A stretch of DNA of 64,000 nucleotides from Gonapodya sp. JEL0774 (lineage: Eukaryota): positions 62,001 to 126,000 of the forward strand of contig JADIIX010000063.1 in NCBI GenBank assembly GCA_027604505.1, written 5' to 3'. The notes under the pieces were generated by a model. That model was given only the letters and a program-made list of their open reading frames with translations, was not told where the DNA came from and did no database searches. Position 1 is the first letter of the stretch. Each line of letters opens with the position of its first letter. Position numbers and translations under genes: made by a program. Below are positions 25,070 through 37,525 of this stretch, in pieces.

Positions 25070-28009
25070 TCAACCCGCTGGTCTTTGCTCACTTCTGCTG
25101 CGTCTCACACTCAATTTTCGATTGGGAAACCTACCCCTCGGCCGTCCACCTTCACCTTCTTCCTGCTCGTTCCAGTCCTCCGAGAGCAATTTGGATGCAC
25201 CAATTTTCACAACGGGACTCTCGTGGCCATCGTCGGTGAAGTCTGAATGACGCCTTGATAATCGAAAAGTATCAGCCCCGTCACCTGAGAAGGTGCCGTG
25301 TACGTCGTGGATGAAATTCGTGCTCTCGCCGCCAGATATCACAGGAGTTTTCAGAGAAGTGTCGACATCACTATCGTCGTGCGCACTGTGACTACTACCC
25401 TCGTTGCTGGTCCCCTCATCGCGTTTTACCTCGATCGACAAACTCGACTTGCCCACAAATTGTCGCTCTGCAGCAGAATGTTTCCTGACTCGTCCATTGA
25501 CCACGATTGTCGTGGAACCGTAGTCCTCTGGCTGATTGATGCTTGGACCCCCGAGCAATGGTGCCGCCTCGCCCCGGCCTCGTGGACCGCGTTTCGGACT
25601 CTCAGTGCCCGGCTGACCGAGCAAAAAGTGTCGCCGCACTGGGTTTGGTCGCTGCACTCCGTTAGCTCCAGTGACCTGGGTCGATTCCGACAAAGAAGAC
25701 CGATGGGTCGCTGGAGGAACCGCGCCATTTTGGAAGGGGGAGATGAACTTGGCAATAGTCTTCAGCGCTTTCCAAGGTTTACGATGCACCGGAGTTCTTG
25801 TATGGACATCGACATATTCATCGGCTTAAAGCACCCACACATGAGCAGTGTCGCGACAAAACATCCAACCGGTGTAACTTACTTTCGTCGATGATTTCTT
25901 CCCCGATCAGCTCCTCTACCACATCTTCCAAAGTAATGATACCCACAACCTTGGACACTGGTTGCATGTCAACTGTGTGATGAAGCCCACGTACACCTGC
26001 AGACGGGGCAGGAGAAGGTTCTCTCGAGGGTGTGGCGGGCCTACGCACAGAGTCAGCTCCAGTATTCGAACGTCGAAGTTTCGCAACGGTAGCAGGTCGA
26101 CGCGGGATGGAACGCGTCTCTTCAAGGGAGACGGCGGCCATGTGTGATCGACCTTCTTGAAAGAAATTGAGCTATACAAACAATAATGAAGAGCAAGGGA
26201 TCGTATTGCACAACGTATTACAGGCGGAGATGAAACTGTGTGCTCACCATGTCGAAGAGCTGCGAGTAGAATTAACGACGAAAACAAGTTACACGGGCAG
26301 TGATTTGATGAAAGCCACGAACAACCAAACGCACCGGTGTCGTACCGCTCACCACCGGCAAAAACGCCAACGGGAAATCATTCACCTGCAAGCAATCGTG
26401 TGGATCATAATCGAGCAGTTGCTTTACCAGAAAGATTGCGACTAAATTTGTGGGATCATCCTCGTACACAGGTACGCGAGATACGCCACGTTGCTTGATC
26501 TCGCGGATGGTTTGCTGAAAATGGGGCGCGCGTCGAAAGTGATCTAAACGGTCGCGTTGGTTTTCAAAGGGAGCAGATGTACCTTATCCATTTTCTGATG
26601 GAGCTCGAGGGAGTAGGTGTCCTGGAAGCACCAGGCCCAAGGAGTTCGGTGTACCCATCGGAGGTTGTTCTGCTGCCTCTTTGCACGACACGATATTCGC
26701 TCACCTCAAGTGGCGTAAACACCTGCGCGACGGTCTTGTAACTTAAATCCAGTACCGCAGATATTATGTTGATCTGCGGGTCCCAAACGAAACCGGAACA
26801 CAAGATTCACGTTAGGCTGTACGGTACTCTCATTTTGTAAAATGCTGTTCCTTGCCTCATCCTCCGATAACCCCGAGTCCGTCCCCAAATGTGTGGTGTT
26901 GTGGAGTGACACGAGCGTTTTGAGTTCCGCGCGTCTGTAGACGGTTCCTACGGCAAAAATTTTTATGACGAGGATCAAGGCTCACAAGCGGTTGCAGTGG
27001 AAGCTTTACACCCTGACTCTTACCCTCCTTCTCACCCAGCAGCCAATCTAACAACCTGCTGATGGGCCACGCGAGCGGATACAACAGCACCATGAGGACT
27101 TTGGCCAGCGGTGCAAAAAAAGCGCCAATTTCTAGGCCGAAGCGAGAACAGACGGCGTTGGGGATGATTCTTGGGGATGTGCAGGAGGTTGCCGGTTGTT
27201 GTCATGGTACATAACAATTAGATGCAGAGACAAACCAACACCCACTCGCCAAAGAGAACTACAAGTGCAGTTGAGAGGATGATGGCAGTGAGGCCGCCAC
27301 TGCCTCCGGTGAGATCTGACATTATTGGTTGTGAATGAATGAGGAAAAGAATGATAAGTGCATTCACGGGAGAGGTCAGATTGTCGGTTGTACACACCGT
27401 CCATAATCAGGGGTAAGGTCTGGTGATTGTGAATGGATGGACGGGGCAGTCATTCGTCAAATATCTTTCTCACGTTCATGCCAACAATTCTCGTCTCACC
27501 TCGTTCACGACCACGTTTCCCAGAAGCAAGGTAATGAGTAGCAAATGTCCGTTCGCTCTCAGAGGTTCGATTTTTGCTGCCATAGCCTTTTGCTTGTCCT
27601 CTCCCGAAACTTTCAAAATCTCGAGGTTCGTCAGGTCCAAACTGAAATATCCAATGGTGAGGCCTAGAGAATATTGGATTACATAAAGGGATCATGAGAG
27701 GCGTGTCCACGATTGGATCGGTGGAGAAATCATTGTGCGAATCTCCTCCCTCAATCCACGCTTTCCTCAGCCTTTCGTACCTGCAAAAAGCCCACCGACG
27801 CAGCATAGCGCAAATGCCAAAACCGCCTTCACATAAAATTCTGATGTGCCGAAAGGGGTGCCTTCCCCGGGGTGCACCTCGATAGATTCGCGCATCTGAA
27901 GATCTCGAACTGGTGCTCCCATCACAGTTTTTGCAAGTAACGCGAGTCCAATAGGCCCAAGGAAAGAAACAACACGGGTCATGCCAATGATGCGAGACTC
28001 AATGAGCAT
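25070..28009 (-). CDS. MAM3: CNNM/Mam3-type DUF21 + CBS-pair metal homeostasis protein
   Basis: GGLFAG...GLTIGYFSLD, HLLLITLLLGNVVVNE, FGEIIPNAVCSRFGL, YRRAELKTLVSLH, VPVYED and VVGIITLEDVVEELIGEEIIDE. Confidence 0.92.
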
Positions 28010-28274
28010 TGGGGTCCTGAAAGGGGTCGATTCCTGAGAAATATTCCTGATAAATCCTTAGAATTTCCGTTTTAGTGTAGAGTCAAGAACTGAAGATCCA
28101 TCGCAAACATGTTAACATACCTTACGTTTTCCACTCTCTATTTCACTGGCCCTGGATGAATTTTGCGAAGGACATATATTTGGTTTAGCAGTTTGTTGTT
28201 GTAGTTGTCAGACAGCGAAGTCATCAGGCAGGCTGGTGGGCCGGTTACCGAATGAAAACCATTCTTGGTTCAAA

Positions 28275-30511
28275 ATGGCGCAAAATACGAGCGACACGAA
28301 AGACGTTTTATCTTTTCTGGACAGCCTGGACACGTTGACGGGGAGCTCGCCTGGTGCGGGGACAGCGGGCAACGCTGGGATCGTTGGTGCAGCGAGAACA
28401 GCGGCGAGTTCAACAAATGCTGGAGGTGAGACGACCAATACATGCGTCTATTGAATGGCGTCAAGAGCCAGGAAGTGTCCAGATCTGGCGTTTCTTTTTC
28501 AATGAAGTCGTGTCGAAGAATCAACTTACCAACCACTCAACTCCAAAACATTCGCAGACACCGCCGATGTTCTCTCTTTTCTCGATGAGATTTCATCCAT
28601 AGCTGCCGGGGCATCATCTTCGCCCCCAGGTGCTTCAGCGCCCTCAGTCGCTGCACCCCAAGTAACGCAGGCCCGGGTCAGCCCATCGGCGACCCCGCCC
28701 CGACCCTCTCAAGGCCAACTCGGGTCGCCTTCTCCTGCGGCGGACACGCGTGATCCTCTGCCCAACGTGACGCCTGCTCCGTCAAAGGGTCACGCCCACC
28801 GACCTTCGGCAACAGCCATTCCCACAATCCCTGTGGAACCGATCCGCCAAGACGATGCTGTCACCACCGCTGCAGACATCCCTCCCCCGCCTAAGGCTGG
28901 CTTTGTACCCACCCAACACCAACCTGCTGCTGCTCGTGACCACCCACACCACTCAAAGCGTGTTATCCTCACAGCTCCCGAGGTTCTTTCCCCGACGCTC
29001 GACAAACCAGCAATGCAGTTCCCGGTTCCAGGCCCTCCACCTCGTCAACCTGTCTTGAAGCTCCCAGAGGCAAAGCCGGAACTCACCACCATCACCGCCT
29101 CGACACCGGACCTCTCCCAAGCCTCGTCGACGGATGCCCAATCATCCCAACAATCAGAATCTTCCACCTTGGCGTCGCTCACCTCGTTTACACCTCCTTC
29201 TTGGTCTTCTTGGTCCACAACGGTTTTGACCACGGGCGCCAAATGGGTCGCCACAGCCAGAACCCAAGCTGAACGAGCCGCCAAGGAGATTGTCGAAAAA
29301 GTTCAGGAAGAAATCGCAGCAAACGACTCTGCGGCACGGGAAGTGGGAGCACAATCTTCTTCTGCTTCCTCACCATCGGAGAAATCTGGTGCCGGTACAC
29401 ATGTCACCGGAACAAACCTACCCTCGCTCCTCCGCTCCGAGTGGCGCGAAGTCCAGCACTTTGGTGCCTCCATCCTCGACACCATACAAACTCGCCCTGC
29501 TCCTTTGTCGTCACCAAACGCCGCGGCTCCACCACCAATTCCCCCCACACCCACGCTGTACCTCTCCTTCCCTCCCACTGTATCGTCCAGTCTCGCACGA
29601 CATTTACCTGCCATGATCGATTACGTGTCTACGGAAATTTTGGGTAAGAGGGCTCGTGAGGCTCGCCGTGCTGCTACAGGGTCGGTCGCTGCCGCAGCAG
29701 CAGTTGGAACGGGAAAGACCATCGGTCTGTTGCTAGGGTTGACAACGGGAGCAGAGGATGAGGATGAAGAAGATGGAGAAGGCATCGAACAAGGAGATAA
29801 ACCGAAAAAGGCAGAATCTGGAATTACAGAGTGGGTGCAGGATGTGCCTGTAGTAAATGTGGTAGGCCTGACGTTGGAGGATGGAGTGTGGGAAAGGAAG
29901 GAGATTGCGACAGGTTTGGATGAAGCGGTCAGTCTTTTGGAGGTAGGTATCTGTTTTTTATCTCCGCAGTGTCTCGCCGCACATTCTGTAACACTACCTG
30001 GTAGTCTGCCCTCCAAGTTATTCTTGGCCGCTACGCCCCCCTGCAACCACCCTCTTCCACGCCTCTCGTGTTGCCTGCTCACCAACCCACCCCAATGCCA
30101 AACCCCAGCAGTTTCCCCGCGGTCCCAGCGGACCCAAACACTCCTTCATTATCCCCAACTCGTACACATGAACTCTCATCCTTCCCCACGGTCTTCATTC
30201 TCCTCGTTCTTCCCTTCCACCTCGCAGTCTCTTCCGTCGCCGACTCTTCAATATCGTCCAAAGGGACGCCACACCTCGGCCACCTCGTCCTCCTCCATTC
30301 CGCGAAAGTTCCCACCCCGAACTCAGATGCCCCGGCCCCGGCATCGCGCGTAGAAACCCGTGCGGTGGCACAAACGGTACCTACTCAAGCTGTGGGAGGG
30401 TATGGTGGGGAGAGGGAGAAGGCATGGATCGAGGAAGCCGAGGTACGGAGTGTGGAGGGTGCGGTGGTTGGAGTGATAGAGGAGTGGATGGGGGCGTGCG
30501 GGGGTTGGTAG
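28275..30511 (+). CDS. MTC1: Mtc1 (maintenance of telomere capping, DUF5427)-like protein
   Basis: Twice-repeated N-terminal DVLSFLD(S/E) motif, a W-rich segment SWSSWSTT...WVATARTQAE, and C-terminal AQTVP...AWIEE. Confidence 0.6.
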
Positions 30512-30817
30512 TTGTGCAAACACCTTCTTTTGATGTATGTGAACGGAGGAGAAGAACACGATGAAGTCCCAGTGATTTGGAAGATTCTTTTTAAGAACAT
30601 TGTGAATAAGATTGTGCGCACAAGATAACTGTAATGAAGTCTATAATCTGTGATGACGTAAAAGGAACATGCTCCATATATTACCAGAGTTCTTACGCTT
30701 AACTAGTTCCCTCCCTGTATCCCATTCAAGCTCTCACAACCACAGGAAAGTGACCAAAGTGACCACGTAGAATGTCGTGCTCCCTCAGCAGCTTCCCAAT
30801 AGACCTGCACCAGTAAT

Positions 30818-33532
30818 TCACCAGCGCTCATCGCCCACTGCAACAATATCGGCGCTCCTCCTCGAGGAACCGGATTGCGATTGCATAGTCATGGGGGTGG
30901 AATCACCAGGCCCAACACTTCTCTTCCGGCGGGGGGGAGCAACCGGAGCAAGGTCTAATGGACGTTCTGCTGCAGAGGCAGCAGTGGGGGTGGCCGTTCC
31001 TGAGCGAATAGCCACTGGTGAGGGTGGGATGTCCCTGTGAGAAGTGTTAAAGGTTGTCGGGTTTGGCGCTCCCCCATCCCATCCATTCTGGGGCTGAGAT
31101 TGGTACTCCGACAGCTGATTCTGAGACGGCCGTTTCACAATGATGTGCGAGAGCTGAACCGATGGGTAACTCGAAGGGGGTGCAGGTGAGGCAGCATCAC
31201 GTGTCGGTGATGCACCGGGGATACCGTTCTGTGAGAATTGCGATGGAATCGCCTGAGGCGATGGGACGCGACCGGGGGATGGGGGACTGGGACGTCCAGA
31301 GGGAGTCCCTGCGATTGGAACCATGAGCACACCGGGGGCGGGCGAAGTTGGTGAGGATGGAGGGGAGCGACTCGAAGGTGATTTGGCTGTTGGAACCATA
31401 AGGGCGGACTGAGGTGACAATTGAGGCGGTTCAGCAGTGGCGACAACCTGCTGTAGGGGAGAAAGTGGCCGGCCCGCTTGCTTTTGCGAGGATCCCGTAT
31501 TGGATGGTAAGAGGGTCCTGGGAGCGGGTACTGCCATAGGAACCGTCATGAGCGAAGAAGGAGCAGGTGACGGGCCCGTTGATGGATAAGTGGCAGGTGG
31601 TGCTTGAGCAACTGGAACACCGCCGTAGTATTCCGGGGTAGGCGAAGGCGACATCTGCTGACCCTGCATGTACTGAGCCTGGTATTGTTGAGCTTGCTGC
31701 ATGCTTTGATACTGCGGGCCCTGTTGCAAAGCCTGCATTTGCTGCTCCTCCTTGACGACAAACTTCCCTTTGGCTTTGTTGGTGGCCGTACCGGCACCCA
31801 TCCACAGTATCTTCCGGCTGCCTGCGTCATCCATGTCAGAGTCACTTGTTGCTCCACCATCGTCCGTACTGAAGCCCATAGCCCTAAGATCCTGTGCGCT
31901 GCGGTTCCGGTACATACCCCCAGGCGCAGCCAACCCGTCAGAACCAGTCGCAACCCATGGACGTTGGCGACGACCCTGCGAACCGTCATTAGATACGTTA
32001 TCTACGAATTCGTTGGGGGGCATCATCCCAGGAAGATTAGGTGTACTGTTGGTGCGTCGATTGCTGTTTGGAGCATTAAGACCAGGACCCAATTTGCCAC
32101 CACCTGCACCTGCGGCACTCCCCGTCCTGCCCGAGCGCTCGCTCGCCCCGGCAAAGCTGGCTGCGCTACCGCTGCGAACACTCTCGCCATCCCCGCCAAT
32201 CCAGCCACCAGCGTCCTCGTCATCATAAACATCGTCATCTTCATCTTCAGGCTTCCTGAAGGTCTCGGCAAGGGAGCCCGCAATAAGAGATAATATCACT
32301 GCGGCCGCGATACCAGCAAAAATCAAGACAGCAATAATGTTGGTGGGAGTAGACGTGGTAGATGACGTTGAGCCGGTGGCAGCGCTGGTGCCGACGGAGT
32401 AGGTGGAGCGGGAGTTCACTGCATCAAATCCAAAAGCGTGTTGAGAAAGGCATTAACACACATACATGGGGTACGTACCTGTGCCATATCCTGTCCTAGC
32501 GACAGCTCTTGGCCATTTGTTTACCCTCAGAAGCGTCCCGGAGGTATTCGCGCTCGCAGAGACCACATTGACCCCAACCGTGGGGCATTGTGTCAAACCC
32601 CCAAGAGCAGTCGCAATGTTGCTGGCCCCCCCGGCCGCGGCACTTTGCTGAGACACACAAGCTCTCCTGAGAGGACCTCCGGCCGTCGCCTCACACGCAG
32701 TTGTATCGATATTAGAGTACGCTGTGAGCTGGCCTCCACCACAGGCGGAATCCGAGTAGTAATTGTACGTTCCGGCTCCATTTTGATTGCAAGTGAGGGT
32801 ATAATAGTTCTGCGTCCCGTCCGAGCCCAGTGTGATCTGGTCTGATGGGCGGAGAGAGCACTCGGGGTTCTTAGGCAGGAAAACGAGGGAGAGAGGGGAG
32901 CCGCTGCACCTGGAGCCGGATTGGTAGCTGACTTGGGTCTCATACAAACCTGATGTAGCCGGGGGTGAGGAAGATGAGGAACAAGGGTAAGTGTAGTGAG
33001 GAAGAATGAGGATTCAGGTTAACACTTTGCAACCCGGTCGTACAGAAAGGTCCTCGCCACCTGCCCTCAATGCTCATTGGAGGCAGTATCTACGGTACTC
33101 ACCAGTGAGGTCCGTCATCCACGGTGGCAGGCAGAAGTCCTCTGCGACTGTGCAGTAAGTCGTGACTGAGGAGACGTAGCTCGCTGCAGCGAGCGAAGTC
33201 GTCTGGCAAGTGCCGACGGCAAGAGTGCTGCAAGAGACTGTCAGAGAAGACGAGACTGTGTACGAGCGGACAATGACTTGACTGGGAGTGCCTGTCGAGA
33301 AATGAGAAGGACAGGGTCCACAACTGGTTCGAGAAAGCGGCCCAGATGAAACGCCCAGTGACAACAAAAAATACTCACCAGAGCATCCAGAAGTAGTGTA
33401 GAGCTCCTGTTGATAGACAAGGCTGGCTCCCAAAGCGTTGCTGGCCAACACAACCACAACAAGCATCGCTAGCGCGACGGTGGGGTAACCGCCTCGGTAT
33501 CGCGACGTTGTCACTCTGTAAATGTGACTCAT
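30818..33532 (-). CDS. single-pass type I membrane protein with Cys/Ser/Thr-rich ectodomain and long disordered cytoplasmic tail
   Basis: Signal-like LAMLVVVVLASNALG, Cys-rich exons (33100-33450, 32460-32950), TM IIAVLIFAGIAAAVILSLIAG, and a Pro/Ser/Gln-rich tail in ORF 30818..32419. Start codon uncertain. Confidence 0.7.
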
Positions 33533-34984
33533 AGGTCCCGGAAACAACTGTCCGATCATTGAGCCGATGGTTTGAGTGTGGTGAAAATTGTGGTGAGGGT
33601 GCAATTCCAAATCAAGCGACATGGAGATTCCTGCTCGATAACCACGAGAGTATGACATGGCAGTCTGCCAGCATAAAATTTGACGCGGCACTCCGTACCT
33701 GATGATTTGCCCGTGGGCGTGCGTGAGTATTGGAGGTGCAATCGTCACAGGTTCGGAGAAAAGTAACGAGTTCTCCAAGTGGCTGCGGAATCCACAGGTC
33801 CACAGTGGCAATGCACAGAGCAGACTCTAAATCGGCGATGCCAGTTATGATGCTGACGGAGGAGGCCTTTGTTGCTGATGTCCCTTTCTTGTGAGTGGGC
33901 GCTGGCGCAAAATGCAACAAGAACCGACGCACCTTCAAGTACGCTCTCGAGAACGCCGAGGTCCAAATTCCAGCAGAAACGAGTGGGTCAGAATTGAACG
34001 AAGACCTTTGCTGGGCGATATTAGTGTGTGGGGCTGTGTCCAGGTAGAATATACAACAGTCCACCGACAATCAGAGCGGAACAGAATGCTGCTTTGCTTT
34101 CTCGCGTTGGCAGCGTCTCCACGAATCTCCGCGTGCGCCGACTTAGACTCGAAACTGGTGCCAAATCGGGTTTTGATTGGGATAGTTTTCCTGTGTCCTA
34201 CTGCACACCCACGCCACAATGACCGAGGAATGTCGGGTTGATCGAACAAAGGAAAGCACTACATATTCGCCTTTATTGCAATCAATTCGGACAGAAAAGA
34301 CGAGTTAATGATATATACTCATTGATCGTGCAAATATGTATAGTCTGCACAGTTGTTCCTGTCGAGTTGTTCGCCATTGTGACGGAGGATCGGCCCGGGT
34401 GAACCTGACGGGAACTCGTCCCAGCTTTGTCACATGACTGGTTGCAATCATGTTCATTATATGAAGGTTAGTCCAGAAATTTTCTTCTCCGCAGTTGATC
34501 TTTGGGTTCTGCAAAGCTAGTTTAAACTCCGTGCCTTGGACGACAGCAAGTTGGGACCCACTGTATATCGCACAGATTTGAGTCAGGTCACTGAGAAGAT
34601 AACCAATACTGATCTTACCCGGGCCCGGGTGAAAATGTTACCTACACTCAGCTCGGAATGCTGGAGATGTCAGATTTTGGAGTGCACTGCGCTCGGTATG
34701 AAAGAATTATCAATTGTTGGATCTCATCACACACAAAATACATGAAGCTTCAGTCTCCGGTTTGACTTCGGGACAGTGGGTAAACGGTTGGCCCACACTG
34801 TCTTCCGTGTCAGCTTCTAGAACTTTGCCTATCCCTCACTTGAGCTGACCAAGACACTAGTATGTACGTGCACACACTTAGCCCACAGCTTCCATTAGTG
34901 GTTCATGCTCACACCGCCTTTCGTTTCTCCACGCTGCGCATTGGATGGTCGATATCACGCGGAGGAACTCTCGTTTGTTCGAAA

Positions 34985-35918
34985 TCAACGCTTCTTGTGT
35001 TCCTCCACAGGCAACCCCTCCTTTTTCCACTGGGAGAATCCTCCGTGCATGTGGGCGACGGGCTTCAGACCCATATCTTTTGCAGTCTTTGCCGAGAGAG
35101 CACTGCGGAGACCACCAGCGCAGTAGAAGATGATTTTCTTGCGGTCGTCTTCAAATTGCTTCTTGAAATAGGGGCTTGTGGGGTCGATCCAGAACTCTAG
35201 TTGTGGTTAGGCGAATCGAGAGAGGTGTCAAAACACGACTAAAGGAGAGACGTGTTTTCCCACCGAATCCGTAACTTCGAAAAACTAGAAGGCCCCTATG
35301 GCTAGTACAGTCAATTTCTTTTTTAGTGGCAGTACTCTGTCCGTTTGATGGCTCATTCACCAATCCGCGCTGTGGAGTTCCCGTAACTCCGGAAACCGAA
35401 CCCTCTCCATCCCAGAAAATAACCATAATTTTTGCATACCGTGTGCTACAAGCATCACTGATCCACTCACCGAGCATTCCTCTTGGGCAGTGAAAGGATC
35501 CGGGTATCTTGCCTTCACGCTCTAGCTCACGAGGACTTTCCATGTGTCAAGAGAGCAACCGCAATTTGGAGAATTAACGTTACAAATGATTCCAAAACGA
35601 GAAAGACACGCAGCAAGAGCTCCCAATCGCTGCTCACTCTCTCAAATCGACGACCAACACATCTGGGTCACTCGAGAGATCCGCGACCTCCTTTGGTTCG
35701 AGAACTTCCACCGCTGCATTTGCCTCATTGACCAGCTGAGCATGCGTTTTGGTGATAGTTTGTTTCGCGCGAGAGAGTGTTGGGGCGAAAGTTTGGGAAG
35801 AAAGTTGAGGGACGGAGGACACGACTAGCGGGGGAAGGGGTAGAGCACGGGGAAGGAAGAGTGTGGATGTGGAAAGGGCGACGAATGTCGCTTTTACGAT
35901 TGTCCCCGCGCGGCGCAT
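34985..35918 (-). CDS. single-domain rhodanese (sulfurtransferase), bacterial-type, with N-terminal extension
   Basis: Three exons give VLVVDLRE|PRELEREGKIPGSFHCPRGMLE|FWIDPTSPY...IIFYCAGGLRSALSAKTAKDMGLKPVAHMHGGFSQWKKEGLPVE. Confidence 0.92.
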
Positions 35919-36411
35919 AGCTATGTGCTGCTGTTGGCGTCCGTTTTGTTTGGTCCGCTAGTTGTCGGTGTAGTTGAGCAATTGCTTCCGACAAATGAGA
36001 AATGCGCAAAACAGTCAAGTGAAAACTTGTAAATTACTTGCTGCTCTGCAAGCGATCTGGGCAAAGGTTCCTCCGTAGTAGTAATGTTAGCGATGTAGCG
36101 AGCTCTAAATACAACGTAATTCTCTCTCCCTTTATAATGTGTACTCGCCCTCACAGCAAACGTAATTTAAGGAGAAGCATCGCCCGTCTCAACACCGCCA
36201 TTCTTCGACCCTCCACCCAGCCCCAAGCTGTGGACCGTGCACATCGAGTCGCTCCACTTTCATCCGCACTAGCTACCAACTTGTGGATTCCGCAAGCCAA
36301 CTTTCATGTAGAGGCATGCTTACTGATCACAGTGTCAGAAATGGCGATCATGCCCTACCCCTGAAGGGCCAGTTCCTCTCGTCCATCCCCTCCACGTTCA
36401 GGAGCAAAGCT

Positions 36412-37091
36412 TCAAACATTGTTCCTCTTGCTCAACGTTTCCACCACACTCTCTAGTCTGTCTTTAAGCCCCGCAAAAGTGGAGTTGAGCACCAACAGTC
36501 TCTTCTTCAGCAACTCCATCTTCCGAATCGCTCCTTCGATCGCTCGATCCCGGTCAGATTGAGAAGAGCCCGTCATGGTAGTGAAGAGTGACCCAGAAAG
36601 AGGGGTTGCCGGCGTTGTGGACGTGAAAAACAGATCCAGTTCTTTGATTGAGTTGGTGGGGGAGGTTCCGGTCGGTGTGCAATTGGAGGGGTGTGGGGTG
36701 GAAGCAGGTGGAGTTCACCATATATTCATGGGATTCAGTGGTCAGGGGTGGGGAGATTGATGGGTTGATTGGCCGGTGGAAAACATATATGGGGAAACGT
36801 TTCAACGGTTGAATACACAGTAGAGATGGACTTTTACCACCGAGCAAACATACCTGCCGACAATCTCTCCAGCTCATTCCACAATTCGATTTGACTATTC
36901 CGCGCCCCGATGACAGAGAGGTCAAACTCCTGCACAGAAGGGACGATTGCATCTCTGATCGCACTGGCGACAGCGTCGGCCGGAGGGTCGATCGATACAC
37001 TGATGGGTGAGACGTTCGGATCGGGACCGGAGGAGGTGAACGCGGTGGGTTGGGACGTGGGGCCTGGGTTGTCTGGCATCGGCCCTCCCAT
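36412..37091 (-). CDS. SNAPIN: Snapin / BLOC-1 (BORC) subunit
   Basis: IVPSVQEFDLSVIGARNSQIELWNELERLSA|ELD...IRKMELLKKRLLVLNSTFAGLKDRL matches the Snapin coiled-coil pattern. One intron at about 36650-36853. Confidence 0.78.
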
Positions 37092-37525
37092 GTGCGCATG
37101 ATGATGAATGTACTGGTCAAATCATGCCCCAAAGCCCTAGGTTTGAATGAATTACGAGCTTCGTATGCAGGACATAAGCTACGAATTCTATTAAATGTAT
37201 GACGACGATTGACTTCAGTTTTGGGAGGGGAATCTCATTTCTGTTCCGGACAAGACTCTTTTCAATGTCCCAGGACCAGACACTGTCTTTTTCGTTTGTG
37301 AATTAACGAAACCTAATGAGTTTTTTGAGTTGTCACGCGAAGTGGATCGTGAGCCCCGTCGTGGGATCACTCAGTGATGCGCAGCAGTTTGTTTGGTGGA
37401 CACAGCCTTGCACTTGCCCCCAGAAGATTCATACACACAATTTGGAGTGCCCCGAACCCATTTCCTCGAACCACAAAACCTCTGCATTCGCGCGTTCCCG
37501 CACTCTCGAATCTCAAACCCCAGCC

